Positions 34,546 to 46,399 of a DNA stretch of 64,000 nucleotides are shown piece by piece. The stretch is taken from contig CM120640.1 in assembly GCA_051362555.1 (NCBI GenBank), positions 63,652,788 to 63,716,787 on the forward strand, given 5' to 3'. The DNA comes from Lingula anatina. Taxonomy: Eukaryota; Animalia; Brachiopoda. A program made the position numbers and the translations under genes. The first letter of the stretch is position 1. Every line of letters begins with the position of its first letter. The notes beneath the pieces were generated by a model. It saw only the letters and a list, made by a program, of their open reading frames with translations. It was not told the DNA's origin and made no database searches.

Positions 34546-35632
34546 ACACAAGAAATTATTATATACTCCTGCAGGAAAGGCACAAAGAAACAATATCATG
34601 TACCGGGTATATCTGTTGAAATGGACCAAGTTCTGTGAAACTAATCATGTTGATCCTAGTGAACCTTCAGTTGCTCAAGTACTTAATTTCCTCACTTCAC
34701 TGTATGATTCTGGCCTAGGATATTCAGCCCTAAATACAGCCAGATCAGCTCTATCTTCAGTAGTAGACTTAAAAGACAGCACAGACACAGTTGGAAATCA
34801 CCCATTGGTGAAAAGATTCATTAAAGCTGTTTTTCAATGTAGACCCAGTTTACCTAGATACTCGCAGACTTGGGATGTTTGCACTGTCTTAACCTACCTG
34901 GAAACATTATCCCCAGCAAACAAAATTACTTTAAAACAGCTTAGTGAAGAACTGTCAGTGTTATGGTTATTGGTGACAGGAGCTAGAAGTCAATCAATTC
35001 TCCTAATGAACTTAGATAACATGATTACAGAAGAATCAGCAGTTAAATTTCTTATGGTGGACTTGATCAAGCAGTCGGGGCCGTAGCAATAGTCCGAAGG
35101 TTCAATAGTCCGAAGGTTCATTGGTCTGAATATTCACTATAGAACCTTCGGACCAATGAACCCTTGATTAAAAAATCGAAGGAAATGTTACCACTTTTCG
35201 GACCAATGAACCTTCGGACCAATGAACCTTCGGACTATTGAGACGCCCCCAAGCAGTCAAGACCAGGAAAACAACAACCAGACTTAATCTTACCAGCTTA
35301 TCCCACAGATGAAAGACTTTGTGCGGTTACATTTTTAAAAGAATATATAGATAGAACAAAAGACTGTAGAAACAGTAGAAAGTTGTTTATTAGTTATAGA
35401 AAACCCTACAAAGGGATTCGCAGTAGCACATTATCACGTTGGATTCGAAATGTCATGTCTAGCTCTGGATTGGACAGTACTCTGTTTAAAGCACATAGCA
35501 CTAGATCAGCTTCGTCTAGTGCAGCAAAGGGCATGAATGTGCCTGCAGACACCATTTTGAAAACAGTTGGATGGAGTCAATTAAGTACCTTCTGTACCTA
35601 CAGGGGTATTATGAAAAGCCAATTAACAGGAG
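34530..35632 (+). pseudogene. DIRS tyrosine recombinase (with N-terminal SAM-like domain), disrupted
   Basis: KWTKFC..LGYSALNTARSALS..HPLVKRFIKA..PRYSQTWDV..GARSQ..LIKQS[MITE]RPG..LFISYRKPY..TLSRWI..KAHSTRSAS..GWS..TF. The catalytic YY is shifted out of frame near 35600. Confidence 0.9.
35077..35249. mobile_element. 173-bp foldback/Mutator-like MITE with 9-bp TSD in the DIRS YR gene
   Basis: TSD CAAGCAGTC at 35068-35076 and 35250-35258. TIRs GGGG(C)CGT..CAATAGTCCGAAGGTTCA built from 15-bp subrepeats. Removing it restores the LIKQSRPG frame. Confidence 0.9.
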
Positions 35633-35735
35633 TAACAACAATGGGACAATTAGATAAAGCACTTGGCAAAAAGAAGTAACATAAAAAAAGTTGTTGTTTA
35701 TTTGATAATTGAGGTGAACCATGTGAGCTTTAAAG

Positions 35736-35855
35736 TCTTGGTTGATCTCAGTAATGCTGTATGAGTAGGTAGAATTAATAAATTAAACGAGACTTACCTG
35801 TAAGGTGAAGTTTGATTGGGATTCTACCTACTCATACACAGCATTTGAGATCAAG
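35736..35855 (+). repeat. DIRS internal complementary region (ICR)
   Basis: First ~40 bp are the reverse complement of the left terminus (29261-29300) and the remainder is the reverse complement of 35944-36026. Bracketed by a short stem AACCATGTGA/TCACATGGTT. Confidence 0.92.
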
Positions 35856-36339
35856 CGCCCACCTCATTCCCTCCCATTCTAAATAATTCACATGGTTCTC
35901 CTGCCTTAAAATATGACGCTTCTGGTGCACATGTGCATTCTCCCTTGATCTCAAATGCTGTGTATGAGTAGGTAGAATCCCAATCAAACTTCACCTTACA
36001 GGTAAGTCTTGTTTAATTTATTAATTTTAAGGTAAAAAAACAAGTACTTTTTACATGCAAAAATTGGTGGGAAATTGTTCTGTAAAAATAATTTTAAAAT
36101 ATTTAAAAATAACAAAGAAAATATACTATCTCTGGGAGCTATACCCAAATATAATTTTGTTACAAAAGTTGAGCTTTGATTGATTCAGCGACAGTGTTCC
36201 AAGGTTATCACCTGCTTGCTACTTATATCATATCAGAAGAAAATCAAGAAGTACAATATAAACAATATAAAGTACTTAGAAAACCTGTTTAGTTTTAAAG
36301 GTGAAACACTTATGCACAAATTCCACACAGAAGCACATT

Positions 36340-39300
36340 TTAGGTCATTTCCTGAGGATGGAGTTTATGTATGAAACCATAGGGACCCTCACTGAAACCA
36401 AATATATAAATATATATAAAAAAATTAGGCAGAATCTCAAACAGTAGTAAAAGTGGCTGATAAAATCACTATAAAAATGGTCACAATAAAAACAACCTGA
36501 GGAACCACACATGTATCTCAAAGTATCCCATAATACAGAAATTTGACCTATTAATGAGAACATAAACTTTTTAATCATATAATTGCATTCTATACAATGG
36601 CATTTCTTACTAAATTTTTGCCTAACAAAGGTAACATTGTCAAATACAAAGATTTAGAAATCAAGAAAAATCACTACAGCTGTCAGTCAATTTACCTGAT
36701 TTCTTCTTTTCTAATTGTCTTTCCTGCTGCAAATACCTCAGCAGCTTGAGATACGATTGGATCAAAGTTCAAACTGGAAACTGCTACAACACTGTCCCCT
36801 CTGTAATAGTAATCTTATTTGAAAATGATTGGAAAATGTTTTGATATTCATCATATCAACACAGATAAAAATTTATACAAGGAAGATGCTTCAAGTGTTA
36901 GAGTTCACAAGCAAAAATTGCATAATATCATTGTATATTTTTTCAGAATAACTGTACCACACAAACTTATTGAGAGTAAGTTAATTTTTATTTCTCATGC
37001 AGCCTACTTCTTGGCACTTACTTTGTGTAAAACGCAACAAATTTCAATTCCCCAAGATCCCCATGTAAAACCACTTCATCATACCCAGCACCATAACCTA
37101 CAAGTACATGATTTTCATACTCTTGTAATGTAAATGGTTGTATTGTAATTTTTTTTTAAGTGAAAAATAATACCATATAATACCAAATAAAATAAAATGC
37201 AAATTTTTATTTAAAGTTTCACTACCAGACATTCATATGACTGCCATACTTCTGGCTTAAATGCTGTACTTACGCATTATTATATCAGATATAGTTAATG
37301 TGTCAGCTGTTATGAACTCCAAATGATTGATATTTTGTAAAACTATACAGCACTGAAAACCTAATGTATACCAGTGTATCTGAGGCTCTTTCCAAATAAA
37401 ACCGTCCAAAAATAAGGTACGCTGTAAATTTCTGCATCTTGACCTAGCATGTTGAGTGCTGCCACACGACCTATGATAAAAATGGTGACAAAAATTTACC
37501 ATATAATATTTTTCTTGTCAAAACTGGCAGTACTGATAGATGGCTTGAGCAAAATTCAATGGTGCTTTACATCACTGATGTTGAAAACTGCGAAGATATA
37601 TAAGAATTCATTTGAAAGTACTGAGAACAATCCCAAGCAAGAGTATCACTAGGTTTTTGTGATTTTGAACAGTTTGTGCTTAATACAGCATGTATGATGT
37701 ATTGATATCTACTGCATTCAGATTGTGATCTGCCCATGTTACTGTTTAATGCTAAATGCACACTGTTGTTGTACAACATTTTTTTACATGGTGATTTCAC
37801 CTAACACATTCACAGCACTATCCTATCACAAATACTTAAAGCTAATTCTCAAAAACACACTTTTTGAACATACAGCCACCTACCATGAGCCTGTGCCATC
37901 TGCCAGTGACCAATAGTAGCTTTTCTGTCTCCAGTCAAAAACAAAGGAAATTCAGCAATGTCTCCGGCCGCAAAGATATTGTCCTTGTTTGTTTTCATGA
38001 ACTGAAGAAGGGAAATGGCTAAAATAGTTCAACTCATATCAGTATTAAGTATTCAATGATGCAATCAAAAATTAAGACAATAATAGATAAAATAAAAATG
38101 CAAACTTCTTCCTACATCAAAAGGTAGCAAGATCTTAATGAATACCAGATAGTTCTTACCATTCCTGACTTTTAGACATTCTCCAAATTTCATAAATTTT
38201 GTATACTTAAAAAATTATTGAAATCAGAAATAAATGATGACACCAGTTTGAACAAAACCCTAGTCATACAAACGACACGTACCCTGTCTTTCCCATTAAC
38301 ATATTCTTATTGATATTAAATGCAATACCTTGTCTACAATGACATGACCAGAGTCATTCAGCATCACACCACTGCCCTCAAGAAAGCCAGTTGCTGGAGT
38401 GACACCTACAGGGTAGAATGATACCAAAATATGAAATCTGAAAATTAACTCGAACTTTGTCCATTTTCAAAACTGATCCCTAAACTTCATTTGAGTAAAC
38501 ATTTTAACTATAATTGTAAATATTGTTATATTTTGTTTTAAAGATAATCTATCACTAACAATATCAAAAGAATTTTCCAATAAATTTTCCATTGACCTGG
38601 TGGCAAAATCTGTAATTTACCAATTTGTTTGTTATTTATGTAATGGACATTCATTCAGTTGGATCAAACCCTCTCTCAATTCAATGATACTCTAAACTTA
38701 CCTATACCAACTAGGACCATGTCTGCAGGCAATGTACCCCCATCATTCAATACAACCTCCCTCACAGACCCTTCACGACCAATGAATTCCTTCACACTAT
38801 CGTTGTTAAAAAACTTCACGCCCTTCTCTTCAAAAAGCTAAAAAGGCATGTTGTATGTTCTTTTCAAGATTATTTTTGTCAGTGTACATCTGCCATTATC
38901 AAACTCTTATTGTTTATCATTATGGAATGTGTATTATACACACATACACCACTGTAGTGGTGATAAGATGCATTCATAAATATCTGTATGTTAAAGAGGA
39001 TCTACTTTTTATATTCTTTAAAGCAGTAAGGGATTCACTTTTGACACAGAAATATGTGTCACTTAATTTATGGTAAATTCCCCGTGTTTCTTGTGTCCTT
39101 GGAAAACTGCAAAAAATTTCCAAAGAGTACTGAACTCTTTACTTTCACATCACAATGGCTCTGACTAAATCATTATTTTATTGCTAACTGCATCTAAAAA
39201 AAAACATACCGATGCGTTCCATTTCATAAAGCCACATAGCACTACTAAATACCATTATTTTTATCCCTTTTAACACAAATCCAATTTTATTGCAATAAAA

Positions 39301-42300
39301 AATTACCTTTAACAATCTTTGTCCCACCTGTTGTCCCAGCACACTTTGGAGAGGTACAGATGATCTGCCTATTACAGATACAGAAGCTGCTTTACTTGCC
39401 AGATATGCTGCCACCTCCATACCTGAGAAGTAAAAAGATATTTCAGAAACAACATGGAACCAGGGAAATTACTAGGGAATTACTACTACTACTTGATGGA
39501 AGAATGAAGGAAAAACTGTACTAGGACGTAAAAGCAAGTTTCCAAAAGAGAAACTGATGCAAAATAGATAAATTGTATGACTAGCAAAGAAAACAAAAGA
39601 AGCTAGAGGGGTAGAGATAGGTGTCCTAGGATGTAAGCTACAGTGTAGTATTCCATACTTCCCATCATTCTCCATCAATGACTCATATTTTAACATGCAC
39701 ATGTTCATATAGGAATTCTAAGAACACACCAAGGACTTTTGAGGCTCTAATTCAAGTACTTCTCAAGGCTACAAATTAAATTCAAGGTGCGGAGCTAAAT
39801 TCAAGCACTTTTTAAGGCTGTATGAACAATGTATAGGCTCCATTAGGCCACAGTTAAAGTAGCTTTTTTTGCCATTGTGAAAATAATGAATTTTGATTCT
39901 TGGGAGGTCAACTTTTAATTGATTTGGTTAAAAATGTCCTTGAAATTGGGAGTAACAGAAATTATATACTATTCTACCCTAAACTTTATCATTTTAAAAT
40001 ATCTTTTCATAATACACAAGGACATGAAAGTCCATATCATGCACCAAACAAAACTCAAATGTTTACCTAGATATAAAATCTATCCTTAAGCAACTAACTG
40101 ATTATGACTGTAAAGTACCTATAAAAGAGTTTCCAACTATAGCCACATGCTTCCCTTTGCCTTGTTCTGCTATATAGTTAGCATCAGCAGGAGTTCTAAG
40201 CAGACAGACATTCTTCAAATCAGCTCCAGGGCAAACAGGTTTTCTTGGACTGAAAGGAAAGCTACATAATCATAAGATCTATTTAAGATAAATTGATTAA
40301 TAGTAAATTAACAGATGATCCCCATGCACAAGTTTTACTTTTCCTTTACAACGTAAGTCTTGAACAGGACTTTCAATCATTCAATTAAAATCACTATTTC
40401 AAAAAAGGTACACTGCCAGCTTGCAGTTTGATTATTTACCTGCCCCCAGTAGCTATTGTCAAAGCATCATAGTTAATAGATGATCCATCTCTAAATGTGA
40501 CACATTTCAGCATTGTGTCCACATTTACAGCCTGAAAATAACACTTTTTATTGAATTTTTAAAACTTCATACACTAATATGATAGCTTTATGGAAATTAG
40601 CATAAAAATATACATCTTTAACTATTTACACCTTTGGGTGGGGAGAAAAGCCAGGCTTGCAGTCCTAAGGCTTCCAACCTTACTTTTCATGGCATTAATT
40701 TCCTACCACCTTTAATAATTATGTCAAGTTCACACCACTAAATATGAGTGATGTCAGTAAGACTTTTCTCCTAAGTTCAACTTTATACCTTGTGCTGTGT
40801 GACTCCCATTTCTGCCATACCATAAAACATATTCATGAAACATAGCAAAAAGTTTTTAACAAAATTCAAGGTATGAGGTAAAAATTTAAAAAAAAACAAA
40901 CAGACTGAGTATAATATTGCTGAGAATCAAAAAATGGTTTCATCTTAAGTAAAAAAATATGTGATGAATATTTCTAAAATATAATATTAAACTATAATAA
41001 ATCAAGTCCTGAGACTAAAACTACAGATCTGAATAATAAATTACTCACTTCTTTATTGGTTTGAACATCAATATCATATACTTCATAAAAGTTTGCATCT
41101 CTGAGGGCAATCTCCTCAGCAGAGGACATGAGTGCCTGAAATAAGTTGTTCACAACAAACTCAAAAAGTACATTTTCCCACATAAAACTACAGGATCTGT
41201 TTTATTAAATCAGAAAAATATGTTTTTTCTTATAAAACCAATTCACAACATGACAGTTGATAATTTCTCTTATTTAGCATACTGTGTATTATATCTGTAA
41301 AAAGAGTACACATGAGCACTTACTTTAGTGAGTTTTGTTCTGTCATATGGTAAAGACAGCTCCTTGGTAGCTAAAATCAATCTCCCTTTGAATCCTTCTT
41401 GTCTTAATGTCTCTGCACAGGTCACTGAAGCTGCTCCTTATAATTTAATACCAAGATACTAATCTTATCTTCTGCTTACCTACTCTTTTCCTTAACTATT
41501 CAGTTTTCAATTTCGATAATTTTCTACTGCAATATATGTAAATTATATGAAGCAAGTGTTTTCTTTTAAAATTATTCTATGTCTGTTTCAGCATTTAAAT
41601 CAAAATTAAAAGAAGGGACAAAAAGGGTAAAAACTACATTAATATTGGTGTGCACAAATAAGAATTTTCATTTTAATGCCACAAATTCATGAAGAGAGGT
41701 CTTTAAAAAGGTGAAAAGGTCTTACCATTAAAACACACAGGGGTGCAATTTTATTTTAGAGACATGGCATTTTTGATTTCTAACATTTTGCATAGGATTA
41801 AAGGGTTTGCTTCATGCCGTCAGAATGGCCTGAACGGAACATATTCTTCAGAAAACATGCCCAACTAACGATATCTTTATCCAAATACACAAATTAAAAG
41901 CTCATTTTGTAAATTTTTGGCTTTAAAAAACGTCCTATTTGCTCGGCCTGGGAGTTAATGAGCTACGTGGTCACGTGGTCCAATGACGACAATCGAGCCA
42001 CTGGAGAACAGAGCGTGCTTAGCTGTCAAACTGAGCTGCATTGTCTACCTGTAAGATGACTTCTCTGGCTTCTGATAAAAGTTTATACTCATTCAAATCT
42101 CTTACCCGAGGGGTCTAAATCCTCGTGAAGCTGTGTAAAACCATTTCCCGTCTAGTCATTTCTTTAACAAGCATTTCATTATGGTTATCCCAAGCTGTAT
42201 AAAACACTGCATTTGAATGAGTTAAGGGAAATGTTGATTATTGCATATGAGGTCCATGTTATTTGTGAAATTCAATTTATTTTATTAAACCGCTGACACT

Positions 42301-45300
42301 CCGTCTTGCATACTTTTATTAAACTGAGGTAAACAATGCCCGTTACCTTTACAAGTCCTATCTTAATCATCCATCTACCTGGAACTTCCTTTACCTCTTA
42401 ATTAGAGGGTTAAATGGCATTCAATTTGTCTTGCTTGTATCGAACGCACTCTCTATCTAAGCTTTACTCCAGTTATCTCAGGTAAAAATCTACCTGTGCG
42501 TTAGTTACAAAGCGCAGCTCCCGTAGACCTGGGGGTACTAGATAAAATCTGAACACCAGGTTTATCGAGGAGCTAGAGAAAGAAAGGAAGAATTTTTCCT
42601 GCACAACTTCATAGGAATTTTAACACGGACTTGATCCAGCTTAGACCTCCAAACTAACAGGGTGACATGGGCAATTTTCACAAACAAATCATAAAACTAT
42701 ATTTCAGTTAACCGCCTTTAAAAATAAATATACCGTTCTGGGTAAATTAAAATAGTTATTAAATCGCAAGAATATTTTTGACTTAAATGATGATTTTATT
42801 ATTAATGGAAATTAAGCTACTATATGAGGTACATTTGCTGTGATTACGCTGTCCTTCATGTTTTGCGTAAGTCTACATTTTGCTGTATGTGCTTGTAATC
42901 TTTTTAAATATGTGCGTACAATTTTTGCAGGTCTGGTTACCCCCCTGTTATGTGATGAGAGTATTAATTTGGCAATTAGTTCCTTAGCTTATTTGATAGA
43001 ATTGCAGTGTAAAATTTTCAACAAGATGTTGGCGAAATAGCCCATTACTCTTTGTAGGTATTTCCCCCGTCAAAGTTTGTCTAAAATTATCTTTCAATCT
43101 TTACTCTTTCAAAGACAGTATAAAGTTACCTGACATATTTTCGTGTAAACTTAATGACAAGCCAAGTGTCTCCAGTTCATTCCGTACTCAATTTTACCCA
43201 AGCAAATTTTTTTGTTGAGTAGATCTTTATAGCACGTTGTTATAAGCTTACAAATTTGCAAAAAAAAAAAAAAAAAATTGCGTACTGACGCAGAATTTGC
43301 GTTAAGTTATAAAATAATCAATCTTTTAAATTATTTAATATTTCAGATGAAATAATCTTCAGAAACAAATCCTCAAAGCATAAACGAATTAGGATAACGA
43401 ACCATTTTATTATAGCAGTTCCCATTTTTTCTTTAATATAACGCTCTTTTTCCTGTTTTTCCTCAACACGTTTTCTTCCACGGAAGCCTCAAGATACCCT
43501 GAGAGCAATTTCTTTTATTAATGTTCGCGACCGTGTTTGAACTTAATTGTTTAAGTATTGATATTTAACGTCATTTACAAATACCAATAAAATAACCCCA
43601 TGAAATAAATGAGATATATTGAAAAATATGAAAGCCCACCAAGACGAGTTTCATACCTGTTATTACCTGGCTTGGGAATTGCAGCGGTGCATAATTAACA
43701 GGTTTGTTGTAAACGAGCTTTTGGTCAACTACAATGCATTTAAAATGCATCAGCAATCAGTAAGTTTGCCAACTGATGACAGTTAATATGAAAGACTACC
43801 AGCTCTTGATATGATCTAAACCACCTGAGGTGACCATGATCTAGAGCATCGCAACTATTGTCACCGAAGTTAGTAAGTAAGTCACGGAAGACCGTCACAG
43901 ACAAAGAAAGATTGTCAACGAGAGCTGCAATTTTGGTGAATCCCACGGCAACACACCGAGGCATAACGAAAATTCCTCAACTCCGTTCAACACAACTTTC
44001 CTTAACTTCTCCGTCTGTATGCACCTGCAGCTCAGTTGAGTCTCATAGACCTTTATCGTGATTGTCGTCACAGTACCACGTGACCCAGATCTGTTGCTTC
44101 ATTTTTGCATATTGAGGTGAGGTTTACTAAAACGCTTTTTTTCTACTAATAGATTGTTTTTATAATTTTTAAATGGCGGGGATCGATTAAAACATACCTC
44201 TAGTGTATAGATTGAGTGCTGTATCTTCAAAATTCGAGAAATGGATTTTTACATGAACATTGTCCTTTAATCACCCAAATAAAATAGGTATTGTTATCTA
44301 CCTCCTCCAATGATGAGGAAGACTTGTTCATTATCAGGTGACTGGCAGGACATGGGTTTCAGTCTTTTCTTGGACTGCATAGTGGAAGAGGATTTAACTA
44401 TCACCCTGCCACTTCTCACCTCAACCTGGAAAGATAAATACTCATATTGACTGTATAGATTAAATAATGAATCAATTTTAAGTAATATTCCACATTTACT
44501 ACTACAAATAAAAATAATATGCTATTAAATCTGTTAGGGTTAAAGCTTTCAGTAACTACACATGTATAACATTCTCATAATAACTATCAGACATTTTCAC
44601 AGTTTTTAACCTCCAGAAAAGTTTATTAAGCACTATATCATAATTGCAAAATAAAATAGAATCTGATAAAAAAATTAAGTCAAAATTATAGGTATATCTG
44701 TAATAAACCCATATGCACTGCTGTACATTTGTTGATATCTTTTATTTTAAAACTCCTGTCATGTACTGTACTTACACTATACTTAGGAAGACTGTCAAGG
44801 CCTGGGAAATCTTCAATGTCTCCAGTTTTGACATTAAAACAAGCACCATGCCAAGGGCAACGCACTCTGCCATTGTACAACACACCTTAAAAGGAAATAT
44901 AAAGACATAAATTAATATATTGGAAACACTGAAAAACTTCAACCAAATCTAGAATCTAGGGGCCCATCCCTCATCTTTTGTGTATTGCATATCAAATGAA
45001 ACCCTGGGACCGCTTCTGTTCATAACTGTCAAAATTAAACTCACATTGACAGACAATTGCTGATTCAGTTTGCAGTCAGTGGAATGCCACAAAAAACCAT
45101 GGGTAACAAGCAGTGTTTGCCTCTTAGGAAAATAAGTTGCTGGACCAAAAGTCCAGCCATCTTGAAAAGTAGCTGGACTGAATGTATGCCAGGTGGAAAA
45201 ACTTCTCAGCCCGTTCTGAAAGGTGTCAGCCCCGGGCAGACGGTCCAGCCTTAATTTCTTACACTGGTAACAAGTAATAGTATTGTCACTGTCAACACCA

Positions 45301-46399
45301 GGTGAATGTACTATACCTTTAGAAAGTTTTGCGCCATAATGAGTACATGTAGCTCCTACAGCAGTCAGTTCCCCATGGTCCTTCACCAATAATGCTGTCT
45401 GATCACCTATCATGACTTCTTGCATTCTGAAAGAGTACAAAATACAGGACATGTATACTATACATGATTGAAATCACCTCCCTTGATTAATATTAAATAA
45501 TGTCCAGAACAGGCAACACTAATTATGTTGTATTTCCATCACTTTCTGATAAAATACAGTGTAATTAGAATGGATTCTTTTAAAAAATACTAAATGATAA
45601 ATCAGTTATGATATTACAACAAAGTACAAACCAACTTAACAGTTATAACAAGAAAATCTTATTATGTATATTAACGAAAAACACATTAAGAAAGAAACTG
45701 ATACGGCCAAATACCCACACCACGTTATGCCTCCAGCCATCAAATATTGTTAAATGATGTGACTTAAGGCTCATTCCCAATAAAACTACCCTTCTACGTA
45801 GATCAATCCCACTCTGTGGGGACTCTTGCTGAATGCATTCTGATTGACAGACTAACACCCCTCCTCTTGTTTCCAACACACTCACATAATCACCAGCTTC
45901 TCTGTATTTTACTCAACACCAAGATGAGGCATATAAATCTGTTAAACTAACTGCATTCAGCAATACTATCAGTGTGGGATTAATATATGTAGAATGAATG
46001 AACCCTTACTCTCCCTCCTTTATTTCATTCTCTTCACACACATCAGTCTCAGTGTCAAGATCTACGGATGATGGCTCACACACATTCTGTGCCCCTTGAG
46101 GAGTACCTGGAAGTGCATAGCACTATTTTACTGACCATGTTAAATAACAACAAACACATATAATTTCATAAAAGAGCAGTCAACCTGTGTTTATGAGTAT
46201 TGAAAAGTATGACTTAAAAGGTTCATTGTCTCTATATAACGCCAAATTAAAATCAAGACAACACAAATCACCAATTTCAAATATGTCATAATATTGTTTG
46301 GATGTGCAATTATCAGTTCTTACATGTACCTGCTTCTTTGGCTTGGTGTACATTAAGAGGCTCTGTTGAATTTTCTGATTTTGAAGCACCGGCTCCCAT
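36340..46399 (-). CDS. AIFM3: Apoptosis-inducing factor 3 (Rieske 2Fe-2S plus FAD/NAD oxidoreductase), 17 coding exons, 570 aa
   Basis: Exons 46330-46399, 46010-46106, 45317-45426, 44776-44885, 44303-44426, 41324-41436, 41049-41135, 40440-40531, 40119-40249, 39307-39422, 38702-38837, 38329-38405, 37884-38001, 37372-37470, 37022-37097, 36696-36800, 36340-36391 total 1713 nt in frame. Motifs [84 protein letters not shown]. The last exon is less certain. Confidence 0.95.
39700..39832. mobile_element. Short MITE in AIFM3 intron
   Basis: Imperfect TIRs CATGTTCATATAG / CTGTATGAACAATG with internal TTCAAG(C/T)ACTT repeats. Confidence 0.45.
41802..44266. mobile_element. Degenerate Kolobok-like DNA transposon (2.46 kb) in AIFM3 intron 5, with THAP-like relic
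   Basis: TTAA|AGG..TTCATG ... CATGAA..CCT|TTAA. Inverted subterminal motif GGTCACGTGGT....TGACGACAATC at 41969-41994 and 44060-44085. Minus-strand MPRCVAVG start at 43964. Confidence 0.65.
45111..45265. mobile_element. Short CAGTGT-ended MITE in AIFM3 intron
   Basis: CAGTGT...ACACTG termini with internal inverted GCTGGAC/GTCCAGC motifs. Confidence 0.4.

Larger units (their letters stand above)
29260..36026 (+). mobile_element. DIRS1-like tyrosine-recombinase retrotransposon, internally deleted and interrupted
   Basis: Left ITR 29260-29325 is inverted relative to the right ITR 35913-35978, followed by a right extension to 36026. ICR 35736-35855 is complementary to both termini, and both ends sit at AATT. 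RT, RNase H, methyltransferase and YR remnants lie inside. Confidence 0.93.

Noticed and set aside
35077-35249. CRISPR-like short repeats
   Set aside because: The repeats are inverted TIR subunits with no unique spacers and a 9-bp TSD, in a eukaryotic context.
33812-35679. Prophage or bacterial horizontal transfer (integrase plus Dam methylase)
   Set aside because: Domain order and ITR/ICR structure are those of a DIRS1-like retrotransposon.
44949-45452. 167-aa ORF as an independent gene
   Set aside because: It is AIFM3 exon 45317-45426 read into the intron and a MITE.
11563-46399. Functional mitochondria/cell-death gene cluster (MRPL44, MRPL57, AIFM3, death-domain-like gene)
   Set aside because: Only the MRPL44/MRPL57 pair has structural support; the rest could be chance neighbourhood without synteny data.
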